Below are positions 38,369 to 48,899 of a DNA stretch of 64,000 nucleotides, in pieces (position 1 is the stretch's first letter; the number at the start of each line of letters is the position of its first letter). A program made the position numbers and the translations under genes. The notes beneath the pieces were generated by a model, which searched no databases, was not told where the DNA came from, and was given only the letters and a program-made list of their open reading frames with translations. The stretch covers positions 1,696,001-1,760,000 of the forward strand of contig OY969807.1 of the NCBI GenBank assembly GCA_963703285.1, written 5' to 3'. This stretch comes from an uncultured Nitrososphaerota archaeon (GTDB lineage: Archaea; Thermoproteota; Nitrososphaeria; Nitrososphaerales; Gagatemarchaeaceae).

Positions 38369-39685
38369 TTGGCAAAGAATTCCAGGCGATTCAAAATGAG
38401 CATAACCTCAGAGACTATCGCTATTGCGAGGTCGTACACCTCACCAACCACGAATACGACTCTGGCGACAGTCGACAGTTCATCGTATGGGGAAGATCTA
38501 TTGTTTCGTTTTGTAATCATTGAGTCTGGAGAAATGCGATACCTTGGACTCATAGAGAATGTAAGCGTCGAACCCGAGATAGCCAGGCCCAGGAGAGATG
38601 AACCACTTCGAGAGATCTACCCTACCGTGCTGAGGATTAGGAATCTCCTCCATCGTAGAGGCAAAGGTCTCCCATCGATGGTGCGGAACCCGCCTAGACC
38701 TGAAGCAAAAGTGTATTTCGCATCAGATGAGGATCTGGTCAAGTTCTTCCCCCCTCGAGTCTCCTCACCGCCAGTCTATCTGGGCCATCTTAGGGACACC
38801 GGTTACCGTTTACCCCTGGATTCCAGCGTCCTCAGTTTTGCAAATACGGGCATCCTCGCAGGGATCGGTCATGGCAAGTCTCATCTGGCGGCACAGCTAG
38901 TACTCCAGTTGCATCTCGCAGGCAGGAAGGTCGTCGTCGTAGACCCTTCTGGGGAGTGGGCGTCGTTGCTGCGTGAACTGAGCGATAAGCTCGGTGGGGA
39001 GCTGAGATCGCGCATTTCAATATCGATACTCCCCTATTCTCTGGACTCCGAAAACTTGGAGGTGTTCGCAGGGAAAACAATTCAGGAATTCAACTCAGGA
39101 AATCTAACAATAATTGACGCGTCGCTCTTACAGCACCAAGGGTTGGCCGAGGATAAGATAAGAGCGCGATGCGACTTGGTGTATCAAATCCAGCAGAGAC
39201 TTATGGCCGAAGCTACGCGAAGTTATGACAAGGCCAAGTCCCTCTACGCCTACGATGGCTGCGTCGTGCTGGATGAAGCCCACGAGTTCATCCCATCTGT
39301 TCCCAACTTCGAGATACAGAAGAAGCTCAACACACTCTTCTCGATTTCGACAAAGGAATACAGGAAGTACGGCCTGGGCCTTATATTCATAGACCAGTCG
39401 CTCAGAGCGATTCACGAGGACCTGCAGGTCCAGGCGTATCTTCTTGGCATGACCGCAACGCCCGGAGATTTAGAGTTCCTGCGGGCGCGTCTTGGAGGCC
39501 ATGTCGCTGACGCCGTCCAGAGAACACGAAGGGCGGAGAATGTCTCGACGTGGGTTGCATATGGGCTTGCAACACCTTTCCCCGGAATCCCTTGGGAAAT
39601 CGTGTCCTTCTCAGATTCCAATGAAGGTCGGCTTCTCAGCACATCCTTCCTTCATATCAACCGGAAGCAACCTTGTCCGAAATGA
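38369..39685 (+). CDS. HerA/FtsK-superfamily ATPase (DUF87-like)
   Basis: Walker A GILAGIGHGKS, VVDPSGEW, Walker B VVLDEAHEF, EYRKYGLGLIFIDQ. Confidence 0.85.
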   Translation: MAKNSRRFKMSITSETIAIARSYTSPTTNTTLATVDSSSYGEDLLFRFVIIESGEMRYLGLIENVSVEPEIARPRRDEPLREIYPTVLRIRNLLHRRGKGLPSMVRNPPRPEAKVYFASDEDLVKFFPPRVSSPPVYLGHLRDTGYRLPLDSSVLSFANTGILAGIGHGKSHLAAQLVLQLHLAGRKVVVVDPSGEWASLLRELSDKLGGELRSRISISILPYSLDSENLEVFAGKTIQEFNSGNLTIIDASLLQHQGLAEDKIRARCDLVYQIQQRLMAEATRSYDKAKSLYAYDGCVVLDEAHEFIPSVPNFEIQKKLNTLFSISTKEYRKYGLGLIFIDQSLRAIHEDLQVQAYLLGMTATPGDLEFLRARLGGHVADAVQRTRRAENVSTWVAYGLATPFPGIPWEIVSFSDSNEGRLLSTSFLHINRKQPCPK

Positions 39686-39984
39686 GTTAGATGTAACTGG
39701 ACCTCGTTTGAGATTGCTGGCGTTTCACCTGAATCGGATACTCCTGTTCCAGAGACAAGAGTCACATTCCCTCGATTCATCACTGCGTTGACCGTAGCGT
39801 TAATCCGGATCTGAACCTGCGCCGAAGATTGAGAGGCCTGGAGGGACCGATAGTCGAAGGCCGACACGATGGGCGTGACGATTACTCCGAGCACCAGTAA
39901 TGCGGACGAGACTGCGACGACGAAGGAGACACGTAACACAATGTGGTGCTGCCGTAGATTCATTAGCGTTCTCACCACAAGCAT
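39652..39984 (-). CDS. Small exported hypothetical protein
   Basis: Signal-like N-terminus, I.INATV motif. Confidence 0.4.
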   Translation of the reverse strand: MLVVRTLMNLRQHHIVLRVSFVVAVSSALLVLGVIVTPIVSAFDYRSLQASQSSAQVQIRINATVNAVMNRGNVTLVSGTGVSDSGETPAISNEVQLHLTHFGQGCFRLI

Positions 39985-40254
39985 ACCAATTGGTTGTGTA
40001 AAAGTCTATGCGTGTTTGCCCGCCCTTCGTCCGCCTCAACCTTACGAATTTAGTAACTTCGCCCTGAATAGTGCGCTAATATTCGTCGCGGCACCCCGCG
40101 CCCATGAGAATATCGTTACGGAACAACCGCTACCTCTGGGTTCCCGTAGTCCTCGGGTCAATCGCGATCGTCCTCGCGATTCACGGGCTCCACCCGCTCC
40201 ACGTCGGCGCCCTCGACGGAGACCCGATAGGACCCGGCGCGCCGACCTGACAGG

Positions 40255-41352
40255 CTAAGAGTCATATCGCATCTTAGCGACTGAGAGGATGGAGGCAAGG
40301 GCCGTCTCCGAGTCGAAGACCCACCCTCGCTCATCGGTGAAGCTCTCGTACGGGATGGTATAGTGCATGCTGGTTGGGAGATCGAGGAGATAGGTCTTCC
40401 ACGGCGGGAGCGACATCTCCCCCAATCTGGCGTTCAGGAACTCCAGCGAACGGACTAGCTCCTGGACGGGGATTGCCTGGTCCGCTCTGTAGCTTCCGTC
40501 ATGGGACCCTGCCTCGTACCAAGCAAAGGGGAAGTTGTTGAACAGCAGCCTGACCTTCCCGAGTTGTGACCTGTTCAGGTGACTGAATCCGAAGGACACG
40601 CCGGCGACTCTCGCCGTGTTCGCTCCACGCGCCGGAATCCAGTGCACCCTGTGGTGAGAGATGATCGGCAGGACGTGTTTCCTGTAGTGCCACCTCAGCG
40701 TCACCGCGTTCATCTTGAGCTTCTTGGAAATCTGCGCGAGGTTTCTCAGCGAGCCAGCTTCAAGCTCTTTAATCAGCAGGAGGTCGCTCCGGTCGATTGC
40801 GGGTTTCACGCGTGGCTGGTCCACAGTAATCGGGGAAGGAGGAGCCTCGAGATTGGTCCCGACCTCCTCCCAGTCGATGTTCCAGCGCCCAGAGTCAAAG
40901 TCATAGTAGCGACACTTCAGCTCTGGGTTCCTGGCCCATTCCATCCTGTTGAGCTCCACGGCACTCAGGACTCCTTTATCAACGAGGCCTCTCATGAATG
41001 CCTGGAACTGGTCTTCCACGAGCACTGGGACCGCAAACAACCCGATATGCGCTGGTTCCAGGAGCATCCCGGAGCGATATGTCAGGAACCCCACATTTGC
41101 GAGTCTGTCGAGGATTGAGCTGGCATGCGGCAGGGCGTCGGGGGCGAATCTGATGATCGCAGAGTACCTCTGCAGGCCCAACTCACCCAGGTTGAAGACG
41201 GTCTCGACGCTCAGGTCGAGCTCGGGGAACCTCTTCTTGAGAGTGTACCTTATGGTCTCTTTGGGCATGCCCGTTGCGCGCGAAAGAGCCGCGACGTTCT
41301 TCATCCCGACGCGGTCTATCACCTGAATCAGGTCCGCAATCCTCGCGCTCAA
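40255..41352 (-). CDS. Duplicated wHTH/Lrp-like transcriptional regulator
   Basis: Two HTH regions (NVAALSRATGMPKETIRY; LAQISKKLKMNAVTLRWHY), YYDF...W.I.W. Confidence 0.8.
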   Translation of the reverse strand: MSARIADLIQVIDRVGMKNVAALSRATGMPKETIRYTLKKRFPELDLSVETVFNLGELGLQRYSAIIRFAPDALPHASSILDRLANVGFLTYRSGMLLEPAHIGLFAVPVLVEDQFQAFMRGLVDKGVLSAVELNRMEWARNPELKCRYYDFDSGRWNIDWEEVGTNLEAPPSPITVDQPRVKPAIDRSDLLLIKELEAGSLRNLAQISKKLKMNAVTLRWHYRKHVLPIISHHRVHWIPARGANTARVAGVSFGFSHLNRSQLGKVRLLFNNFPFAWYEAGSHDGSYRADQAIPVQELVRSLEFLNARLGEMSLPPWKTYLLDLPTSMHYTIPYESFTDERGWVFDSETALASILSVAKMRYDS

Positions 41353-41446
41353 CAGGAATGCTATTAACGAATACCCTAATAACGGCTCCTATCTTTGTGA
41401 AAGCTTTATTACCCAGATGTTATCATTTAGGCCATAGGAATTGTGA

Positions 41447-41812
41447 ATGCTGGCCCAATCGATAAGCACAGAGGGCGTCGAGTCGATGGTGAGGAGGTAT
41501 AGGCGGGGCTTGGTTAACTCCCTGCTCGAGTACCTGATACTGGACAACGCCGAAAGGCGAGACGTTTGCGGCTACGACATCATCGCGACGGTCTGCGTGG
41601 ACTTCCAGGTATTGCTCAGCCCGGGTCAGGTGTACCCCGTCATCGATGCGATGGAAGCCGGCGGCCTGATTACGAAGGTGAAGAAGATGAGGAGAGTCTC
41701 GCTAAGTTTGACCCCCCTCGGTTACGTCCTGCTCAAGGCGTGGAGAAACGAACTTGGTCTGATGCAGCTGCGTCTTAACAGCGACCCTCGCCCCATAGAG
41801 CATGTCCACTGA
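41447..41812 (+). CDS. PadR-family regulator
   Basis: CGYDII...LLSPGQVYP...LTPLG. Confidence 0.85.
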   Translation: MLAQSISTEGVESMVRRYRRGLVNSLLEYLILDNAERRDVCGYDIIATVCVDFQVLLSPGQVYPVIDAMEAGGLITKVKKMRRVSLSLTPLGYVLLKAWRNELGLMQLRLNSDPRPIEHVH

Positions 41813-41839
41813 TTCTAGGCAGGTGTCCGATGAAGTAGC

Positions 41840-42169
41840 ATGATCAATTGGATGCAGTTCAGGATACGTTCGAAGTTGCTGAGCGCCAATCTGCAGTTGG
41901 TCATCCTGTCGGCTCTGCGCTGGCGGCCGATGAGCAATTGGGAGCTGTTGGATGAGATTTACAGCAGAACCGGCTTGATGCCGGAGGATGCAGAGCTCAA
42001 GCGAACCATCCGGCTTCTCGTTGACGGGGGGTTTGTGCAAGTCCCGAGCAAGGATTCACAGTCCCGGATGACCATCAACGCGCGCGGCATCGAACTGCTC
42101 TCAGAGCTGGCGGGGCTTCAGCAAGGGTACTTCGAGTCGACAAAAGCGTGGGATAGAAATCATGGGTGA
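41840..42169 (+). CDS. PadR-like wHTH protein
   Basis: LVILSALRWRPMSNWEL...I..RG. Confidence 0.7.
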   Translation: MINWMQFRIRSKLLSANLQLVILSALRWRPMSNWELLDEIYSRTGLMPEDAELKRTIRLLVDGGFVQVPSKDSQSRMTINARGIELLSELAGLQQGYFESTKAWDRNHG

Positions 42170-42193
42170 ATTCGCTAAGCAATCGCGGATTGG

Positions 42194-42454
42194 TTGAGAA
42201 TGCGGTCTAATCTAACCCGGAGGAAGGAGTTGGCGGAAAGGATGTGCGTCCTCGCTGTGGGCTTGGGCGCGGTCTTGACCCTCGTTGATATCTGGGCCTT
42301 CCTCGCAGGATCCACCGGCCTCTTGCAATGGATGGAGATTCTTACATTTAGTGTCCTTATACCATTGACCGTCGCTGTTGGGGCCCTCGCTCCGGGCAAA
42401 GTTCCGAGGCTCTTTACTCGAGCCATGAGGGCCTTGCGCACCAGGAAATCGTAA
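42194..42454 (+). CDS. Small membrane protein
   Basis: Two TM segments. Confidence 0.45.
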   Translation: MRMRSNLTRRKELAERMCVLAVGLGAVLTLVDIWAFLAGSTGLLQWMEILTFSVLIPLTVAVGALAPGKVPRLFTRAMRALRTRKS

Positions 42455-42811
42455 GGAGATGTTTCGATGTATTCAGGCAGTGCCATTACCTGTGTGCGTA
42501 TTGCAGACACCTACAAGCTACGCGAGCTCAAGGACGGGTCGAAGCACCTCGTCGTGAAAGACCACCTCTCGAAGGAAGAACTGGTCCGCATGCTGCAGTG
42601 AAACAAGGTCGGGATCAAAGAAGAGGACGTGTTCTACGGTGAATGCTACTGGTTCTTGAGTTACCGGATTTGAAACGGCCAAGAAGATAACCAACCATGA
42701 GATGACCACCGAGCTCTCCCTAGGGGTAGCCAAAAGACTAGACACTAGGTGACGTAAGTTCTCCGTCGAGTTGAGGACGTGCGTAAATACGCTGAGGACT
42801 GAGATACGGCA

Positions 42812-44467
42812 ATGGAAAGCCGCCGTGAAGCAGCAGCCGTGTCCATCACGCTCTTCTTCCTCCTGCTCTCCCCCTTGTTCTCCGCAGCCTCTCCCGCCGC
42901 TTCTTCCCCCTTACCCCTTCCCTACCAGCTGGGCGTCCTCCTGTCCGGGTATTACGAGCCGATCCAGCTTAATGCGCCAGCGACGCCGACGACGGTCTAC
43001 TTCGCCGTGAGCAGCAACGCCACCCTCTCGACCGCTCTCATGACCAACTCGCAGGCGACCTCCTTCGGCTATGGAACGACGGACCTTGCCGACTCGCTCT
43101 ACGATGTGAACAGTAGCAGCGCCACGCACTCCATGAGCGTCTCTGAGGGGATCTACTGGCTCGTCTTCTTCGCCTACGGCTACAGCGCGAACGTCAGCTT
43201 CGCTCTCTCGACCGTTCCCACCAGCCCGTACGTCTACTACCCCCTCACCGCGCCCGAGCCCTCCGGGGTCGCTTCCTTCGGTCTGTACAACGACTCCGGG
43301 GTGGTGACATCGTACACGGTCGAGAGCAGCGACGTCCTCGGCGTCGCGGACATAGCCTCGCTCCAGGCCTACAACGGGTCGGCAGCGCGCTACGACGATG
43401 CGGTCTCGGGTGCCTCTCTCCAGCTGAACTCAATCCTCGTGGTCAACGAGGCGGGAGGCCGGCAGCAGAACTACTGGGTTCAGGACATTCCCGATTTCGT
43501 GACCGCAACTTCGACGGTCTCCTGGGCCGACAACATCTGGAACGCCAGCGTCTCGGGCTTCCTGAGCAACGGCACCGTCACCTCGACCGACGGCGGGTAC
43601 GTCTACTCGTTCCCGAACGGCCCCAGCACCGGGTACTACTACTCCTACCAGTCCTCGAACACCACGTATCGGCTGCCCCTGGATTTGGCCCTAATCATGA
43701 GCGAGACCGCCGTCCAAGGAGTCGGTGTCCGGGTCCAGATTGGCGTCCAGGAGATCGCCAGCGGGACCGCGGCTGCCAAGTCGATCGACTGGTTCGACAA
43801 CGCAACGATCAGCGACCCCACTGTGCAGAGCGCGTACTTCTACGTCGCGGGCAACGCGGCCGCGCCGAACGGGGAGTTCTATGACTCCGAGTTCGTCTTC
43901 GGCGGCGAGGGCAACGGAGAGTCCACCACCTTCACGCAGCTCACCGCTTCGCTCGGGCTGTTCTACGGGAATTCGGTCACCGGCGCCCAGACCGCCTACC
44001 CCTCCCTCTACAGCTTCGGAGGCAACACGGCCGAGGGCGCGTACAATCTGCACATCTCCTACGCGGGCGACGGGTTCTCCAGCGTATCGGTGGGCAGCCC
44101 CAACTATGTCTACCTGGGGCGGGCGTCAGGGTCCTATACGCTGCCTCCCGCAGGAACGCAGACGACGAGCTCCACGACGAGCTCGAGTACGGCGTCGACC
44201 ACGACCACAGTGACGAGCACGCTGCTGCTCACGACGACCGCGACGACGACCGCGACGCAAACCGTGACCGGACCGGTCACGACCGTGACCAACACCGCGA
44301 CATCGACGCAGACCGTAACCTCAGTAACGACGCAGCTTGGCCCAACAACAACGACGCAGACCTCCTCGTCTGTGCCGACATGGGCCTATGCAATCATGAT
44401 ACTCCTCCTGATAGCCGGACTTGCTGTAGGTTACGCCATCAAGAGACCATCAGTCAGCAAGCCTTAG
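42812..44467 (+). CDS. Thermopsin-family (A5) protease, membrane anchored
   Basis: P.GVASFG, ASLQLN, YWVQD, DNIWN, DSEFVFGGEGNG, NTAE; Thr-rich stalk plus TM. Confidence 0.9.
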   Translation: MESRREAAAVSITLFFLLLSPLFSAASPAASSPLPLPYQLGVLLSGYYEPIQLNAPATPTTVYFAVSSNATLSTALMTNSQATSFGYGTTDLADSLYDVNSSSATHSMSVSEGIYWLVFFAYGYSANVSFALSTVPTSPYVYYPLTAPEPSGVASFGLYNDSGVVTSYTVESSDVLGVADIASLQAYNGSAARYDDAVSGASLQLNSILVVNEAGGRQQNYWVQDIPDFVTATSTVSWADNIWNASVSGFLSNGTVTSTDGGYVYSFPNGPSTGYYYSYQSSNTTYRLPLDLALIMSETAVQGVGVRVQIGVQEIASGTAAAKSIDWFDNATISDPTVQSAYFYVAGNAAAPNGEFYDSEFVFGGEGNGESTTFTQLTASLGLFYGNSVTGAQTAYPSLYSFGGNTAEGAYNLHISYAGDGFSSVSVGSPNYVYLGRASGSYTLPPAGTQTTSSTTSSSTASTTTTVTSTLLLTTTATTTATQTVTGPVTTVTNTATSTQTVTSVTTQLGPTTTTQTSSSVPTWAYAIMILLLIAGLAVGYAIKRPSVSKP

Positions 44468-44523
44468 GATCAACGTGTAGGATCCACCCGTTTCTGTCAG
44501 TGGAGAGACCTACAGCGAAATCA

Positions 44524-44928
44524 TCAGAGAATCCGGCGAGATTCAGCAAGGGCGCGGTTCATCCGGTCAGTCCCCCTGATGTTGTGTATGATCACGTAGA
44601 CGAACGACGCGGCCAAGCTGACCAGCATGCTGTCTCCTAGGACCGTCCGAACGGTCTGAGCCTCGACCGGCATCGCGATGAGCGGAACGAGGTTGTAGGC
44701 GGCCGCCGGGAGGGCTATCACGAGTGCCAACTCGAGAGGGAAATACGCCATCGGGCCGTGCCTGGGGCCGAACCTCCGGAGGAAGTATCTGCAGAGCTGG
44801 TTCTTCTCGAACTTCCCTGCATCGCCGGTCATCCTGACCCCCAGCGACGCATGCCTCCAAGTGGTGAACTGGTCTCCAATGCACGCGAGGAGGGCCAGAC
44901 CCAGGAGAGCGGGATAGAACGGGAGCAC
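44524..44928 (-). CDS. Membrane hypothetical protein
   Basis: D..TT...G...E.N pattern, three TMs. Confidence 0.55.
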   Translation of the reverse strand: MLPFYPALLGLALLACIGDQFTTWRHASLGVRMTGDAGKFEKNQLCRYFLRRFGPRHGPMAYFPLELALVIALPAAAYNLVPLIAMPVEAQTVRTVLGDSMLVSLAASFVYVIIHNIRGTDRMNRALAESRRIL

Positions 44929-45244
44929 GAATCGCCTGCGTTGCGGTTTCTAATAAATGGAACCTGAGCAGGTCAGGGGTCTATCCAATCCAGCCCCGTC
45001 TTGGCCCTCCTCCGGCGCGGCCTGTCCGAGTACTCGGAGAGGGGCGGCCTCGCCGAGACCTGCGACTCCGGGACCGGCTCCTTCCTGTAGGGATGCCCGG
45101 CGAAGTCATAGTCGTCGCAGATGGCCTGTGACGGCACGAAGTCCGCATTCTGCAGATGATTCGGGGACAGGTTCTCCGAGGGGATGAACCTGCCAAAGAT
45201 ACTCGCAGTAATCAATCCACGGCTACGGATCTACAAACAAGCAG

Positions 45245-46447
45245 TTAACTTGCGGTTTCTAGACCTTCCTTTTTCGTCGGGCTTCCATTCTGTTTGGAGA
45301 CAACATTTCGGAGGGTTCGTTCGAAATTCTTCAGGACCTTTTGCTTGTCGTACCTCCACCTCTTCAGCTTCGGGTCGTACAAATCCTGCGGCAGGGTGTA
45401 GTTCCGGTCTTGGCGCTGGTCGAAAGTGAGGACCTCTAGCCGCTCGGCGTGGTGACCCAGGAGGTCCCTGATGAACACGAGCGTCTCGTTCCAGAATTCC
45501 ACCGGCGCGTAGAAGTCCGCTATGAATGACGTGCCTCCCCCTGTGACGGCCCAGATGAAGGGAAGTCTCTGCAGCTCCCTACTGATGAACTTCGCTTCCT
45601 CTGGTGTCACGTCCTTGACTATGAGCGAGATGAAGGCGTACGCGTGGCTTCGCGTCAATTGTAACGCTGCGTCGTTGAATTCCCTGGAGAACCACCTAAT
45701 CCGGTAGCCGGAGATCAGCTTCCTGTCTCGAACGTGGGCGTAGTGGAGGAGGGCGCTCTTGTACGAGATCTTCAGCTTCCTCGCGGTCTCGGCCACCGAG
45801 GCTCCGCCCGGCATCTGGAGCTCCGACGCGACCAGTATGTCGAGCATGTCGAACTTGGAAAGCTGGTGCAGCGACGGATGGTCCAGATCGGGGGGCGGGT
45901 CCTTCAGCGAGTTCCACTGAACTTCCCATTTCGAACTGACGAAGTCGTACTGTTCGGCGTGCATCGGGACCCTGTATATCCAGCCTACGTCGAACACCTC
46001 CACATCCGTGAAGAAGCGCAGCTTGTCCCTCAGGTCGCGCAGGGTCGACGCGAACTCCTCCTTCACATCCTCGGGGACCTCCGCGGAGACCAGCAGCCTG
46101 TCGTCCGGGATTGTCCGCTGGTAATGAACGACGGGCCAGTAGTCAGCCATCGCCATGAAGATCTGGTGAATGTATGGTCTGTACTCTTCCCTCACACGTG
46201 CCAGCGCGGTCAGCCTCTGTAGACCGAATCTGCCGTAGGCGGCGTCACCGATGATATTCATGCCCTTGTCTATTATCCTCTTCTTGTACAGGTACCTTGC
46301 CGTCTCCTTGAACAATCCTACCCTTCTCGAGATCTCATTGATGTTGGGACCCAGCTCTTCTATCCCTCTGACCAGGGCGGCCATCCGAGCCTTCTCGTCC
46401 TCGGATTTCGCTGCTCTCAGTCTCAGGACTTCACTGGATTTGCTCAT
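45245..46447 (-). CDS. Duplicated wHTH/Lrp-like regulator, paralog of 40255..41352
   Basis: NINEISRRVGLFKETARY; YDFVSSKWEVQW; second HTH; YTLP. Confidence 0.8.
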   Translation of the reverse strand: MSKSSEVLRLRAAKSEDEKARMAALVRGIEELGPNINEISRRVGLFKETARYLYKKRIIDKGMNIIGDAAYGRFGLQRLTALARVREEYRPYIHQIFMAMADYWPVVHYQRTIPDDRLLVSAEVPEDVKEEFASTLRDLRDKLRFFTDVEVFDVGWIYRVPMHAEQYDFVSSKWEVQWNSLKDPPPDLDHPSLHQLSKFDMLDILVASELQMPGGASVAETARKLKISYKSALLHYAHVRDRKLISGYRIRWFSREFNDAALQLTRSHAYAFISLIVKDVTPEEAKFISRELQRLPFIWAVTGGGTSFIADFYAPVEFWNETLVFIRDLLGHHAERLEVLTFDQRQDRNYTLPQDLYDPKLKRWRYDKQKVLKNFERTLRNVVSKQNGSPTKKEGLETAS

Positions 46448-46668
46448 CTCTGGTTTTCCTTCGGGTTGCGCGTTATCGCCTTGGAGCGTCTGACTGTTGA
46501 TAAGGTTTGACCTGTACCGTACCTCCGTGACTCCTGGGATAATCCATGGTATGAATTGCGCGGTCAGATTATATATTCAGTATGTTAGCTACCGCCATCT
46601 TGCATAACCTTTATGCCATTTAGCTTATGCAGATAGGCTTATATCCCGTAGGACGTCATGCTACGGCC

Positions 46669-46965
46669 ATGAACAAGACAGCTATCGCGGCTCTATTTGC
46701 GGCGGCAATGCTTATCCTGGTTCCAGCTGCGGCTCTCACTGCCTCGGCTGACGACGGTGCTGCTGGAGGTGGTGGAACCGGGGGCGGTGGTTCAACAAGT
46801 GGCGGTGTCACCGTAACAAGCACGGAAGGAGCCAGTCCGCCATCCTGCTACGTGCTATTGGTACTTGCTTGGGGTTGGGGAACTATAGGCCCCTTCATCG
46901 TCTACGGTCTGTTCCCTACTTTCGAGCAGGTGTGCACTTCATACCCCCCGCCGAACGTCGTCTAG
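46669..46965 (+). CDS. Small secreted peptide with Gly linker and Cys-bounded hydrophobic core
   Basis: Signal peptide MNKTAIAALF...ASA; GGGG linker; CYVLLVLAWGWG...FEQVC. Confidence 0.65.
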   Translation: MNKTAIAALFAAAMLILVPAAALTASADDGAAGGGGTGGGGSTSGGVTVTSTEGASPPSCYVLLVLAWGWGTIGPFIVYGLFPTFEQVCTSYPPPNVV

Positions 46966-47301
46966 ACCAACACCCTCGACGCAAAAACGAAGGGTCGTAC
47001 AGTCAGAGGTGCGGAGCAAAAACATCCGCATCTCTATGACTCAGCCTTCAACCTTGACCCTAACGCATAATCAAGGAAGACCACTGACCTGGAAGTACGG
47101 TTAGCAGTTCGGGCGCAGCCTGAGGCGGCTCTACTTCTCTGCCAGGAGCTTTGGAGACATACTCCTCGAAGCATGGGTCGAATGTCCCCGTGGTCATCTC
47201 CCGGATTTGCCTGGCCTTCGGCTGCGCTCCTCTCTTGGTTCAGGGAGAGCGGGCTTGGTTTCTAAATCGCCGCGGCGATGACGAGGTAGCTCCAGGACTT
47301 T

Positions 47302-48525
47302 CTACTGTTCAAGTTTGGGCGCCTTCATCCTCCTCAGGAGAAGCACGCTAGTCAGTATAGCCGAGGCTGCGACCGCACCGATTATGGCGAAGGCCACGCC
47401 GGACGAGAGACCGAAGATGAGAGGTCCGTACGAGGCGGGTGTGCTGCCCGGCGTGTTCAGAGGCCCTATCAGCGTGGCAGACGTAATCGAGAGAGACAGC
47501 GGCTCTTGATAGGTGCTGCCTCCGACGGTCTCCTGAACGGCGAGAGTGTAATTGTTGGTGCCGCTCACGTCGCTTGAGCTCAGGCTGTTGCTCTCGTCGA
47601 CCCAGAAGTAGACCACCTGACCTGGTCGCAGCTGGAAGGTTGGCTGCTGAAGGCTGACCTGAACGCCGGCGGGCATGGGGCCGCTCTTCCCGCCATCCCA
47701 CGAGCCGACTACGCTCAGGCTGACGTTGACGGGAGCGCTGGGAGAGCCAGCCGAAGGGGCGTAGGCGATCAGGTACTCGTATGCAAGCGAGTTGCCCGTG
47801 GACGTCTGTAACGTTCCTGAGAAGAGCAAGGGGCCTGGAGAGCTGAGGACGTGGAGGTTCGCCAACCCGCCCTCCTCGCCCAGGAACTCTATGGGAAGTC
47901 CAGCGGTCGCCTCGAGACCGTTCGGGGACATCGCAGTCACGGGCAGGCTGACGTTCGCGATGGGGTTTGGCACGAAGGGCATCACAGCCCCGGCGATGGT
48001 AAGGTTGCTGTGTGCCGTCCCGCTCGAGTCGGTGGTCACTTCGGCAGGGCTGAACCCCGTCCAGATGGTGCCGTTGACTGCGCCCTCGGCAATCTGTTGG
48101 GCGGACTCTGAGGCGTGCCCCGTCTCGAGCGTAAAAGTGGTGTCCGGCGCCGCTTGGATCGTGACAGGGAAGACCTCGTATGCAGGTACCCCGACCCCGC
48201 CCTGTCCCGTTTCGCCGCACGCCTCGTCCCAGGAGGGCTCACCGACGGTCAACGTGACGGTCTCGCCGGCCGGCGAAGAGGCGACCGTGCCGTTGCTCTG
48301 GCTCGATTGAAAGCCGCAACTAATTTCGCCGGGTGGAGAAGGGGCGTTCGTCGTCTCTACCGTCGCCGACGACGAGCTGGAACTAGAGGAGACAGAGACA
48401 CCTTGATTGGTCGACGATACGGTCTGCCCAGATGTGGTGGGGAGCGCGGCGAGAGCTAGGAGCGCGACCAGCATAGCGCCGACTAGATAGGAGGGTGCTG
48501 ACGCTGACCTCGCTTTCACCCTCAA
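47302..48525 (-). CDS. Exported membrane-anchored hypothetical protein
   Basis: Signal peptide, Ser-rich, C-terminal TM. Confidence 0.75.
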   Translation of the reverse strand: MRVKARSASAPSYLVGAMLVALLALAALPTTSGQTVSSTNQGVSVSSSSSSSSATVETTNAPSPPGEISCGFQSSQSNGTVASSPAGETVTLTVGEPSWDEACGETGQGGVGVPAYEVFPVTIQAAPDTTFTLETGHASESAQQIAEGAVNGTIWTGFSPAEVTTDSSGTAHSNLTIAGAVMPFVPNPIANVSLPVTAMSPNGLEATAGLPIEFLGEEGGLANLHVLSSPGPLLFSGTLQTSTGNSLAYEYLIAYAPSAGSPSAPVNVSLSVVGSWDGGKSGPMPAGVQVSLQQPTFQLRPGQVVYFWVDESNSLSSSDVSGTNNYTLAVQETVGGSTYQEPLSLSITSATLIGPLNTPGSTPASYGPLIFGLSSGVAFAIIGAVAASAILTSVLLLRRMKAPKLEQ

Positions 48526-48593
48526 CGACGCGGACCTGCATGAGAGTTCTTTGGTTGTCTTGATTAATAGTTTTGTCCGAACAGGGACACTCG

Positions 48594-48833
48594 CTACTCT
48601 TCGATGTCCCTTATTGGCAGCGAGGAGAACACCGACCGTATCCTGCCAAGCAGACTCTGCGGCTCTTTCTCGAAGATGGCGTCGGCCTTCCTCAGGATGA
48701 CCATGTCCCCCTCCACCATGATTATCATCTTCGTGCCGGGCTGGAGGTCGAGCTTAGCCCTCACCTCGTGGGGGATCTGGACTATCCCCTTCTGCGTGAC
48801 CCTCGCCACGGCGACCACGGGGTCTTCTTTCAT
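48594..48833 (-). CDS. AbrB/MazE/SpoVT-family DNA-binding protein
   Basis: RVTQKGIVQIPHEVRAKLDLQPG. Confidence 0.9.
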   Translation of the reverse strand: MKEDPVVAVARVTQKGIVQIPHEVRAKLDLQPGTKMIIMVEGDMVILRKADAIFEKEPQSLLGRIRSVFSSLPIRDIEE

Positions 48834-48899
48834 CTCGCCTTCACCTGACTCGGAGCGGAACTAGGCAACGCACCCTGCCCGCGATACGGCCCGCCTCTT

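Noticed and set aside
44161-44370. ACG/ACC-rich quasi-tandem repeats
   Set aside because: Simply encode the Thr-rich stalk of thermopsin.
44973-45215. 80-aa ORF downstream of the regulator as a possible RiPP precursor
   Set aside because: No modifying enzymes nearby and no recognisable leader/core motif.
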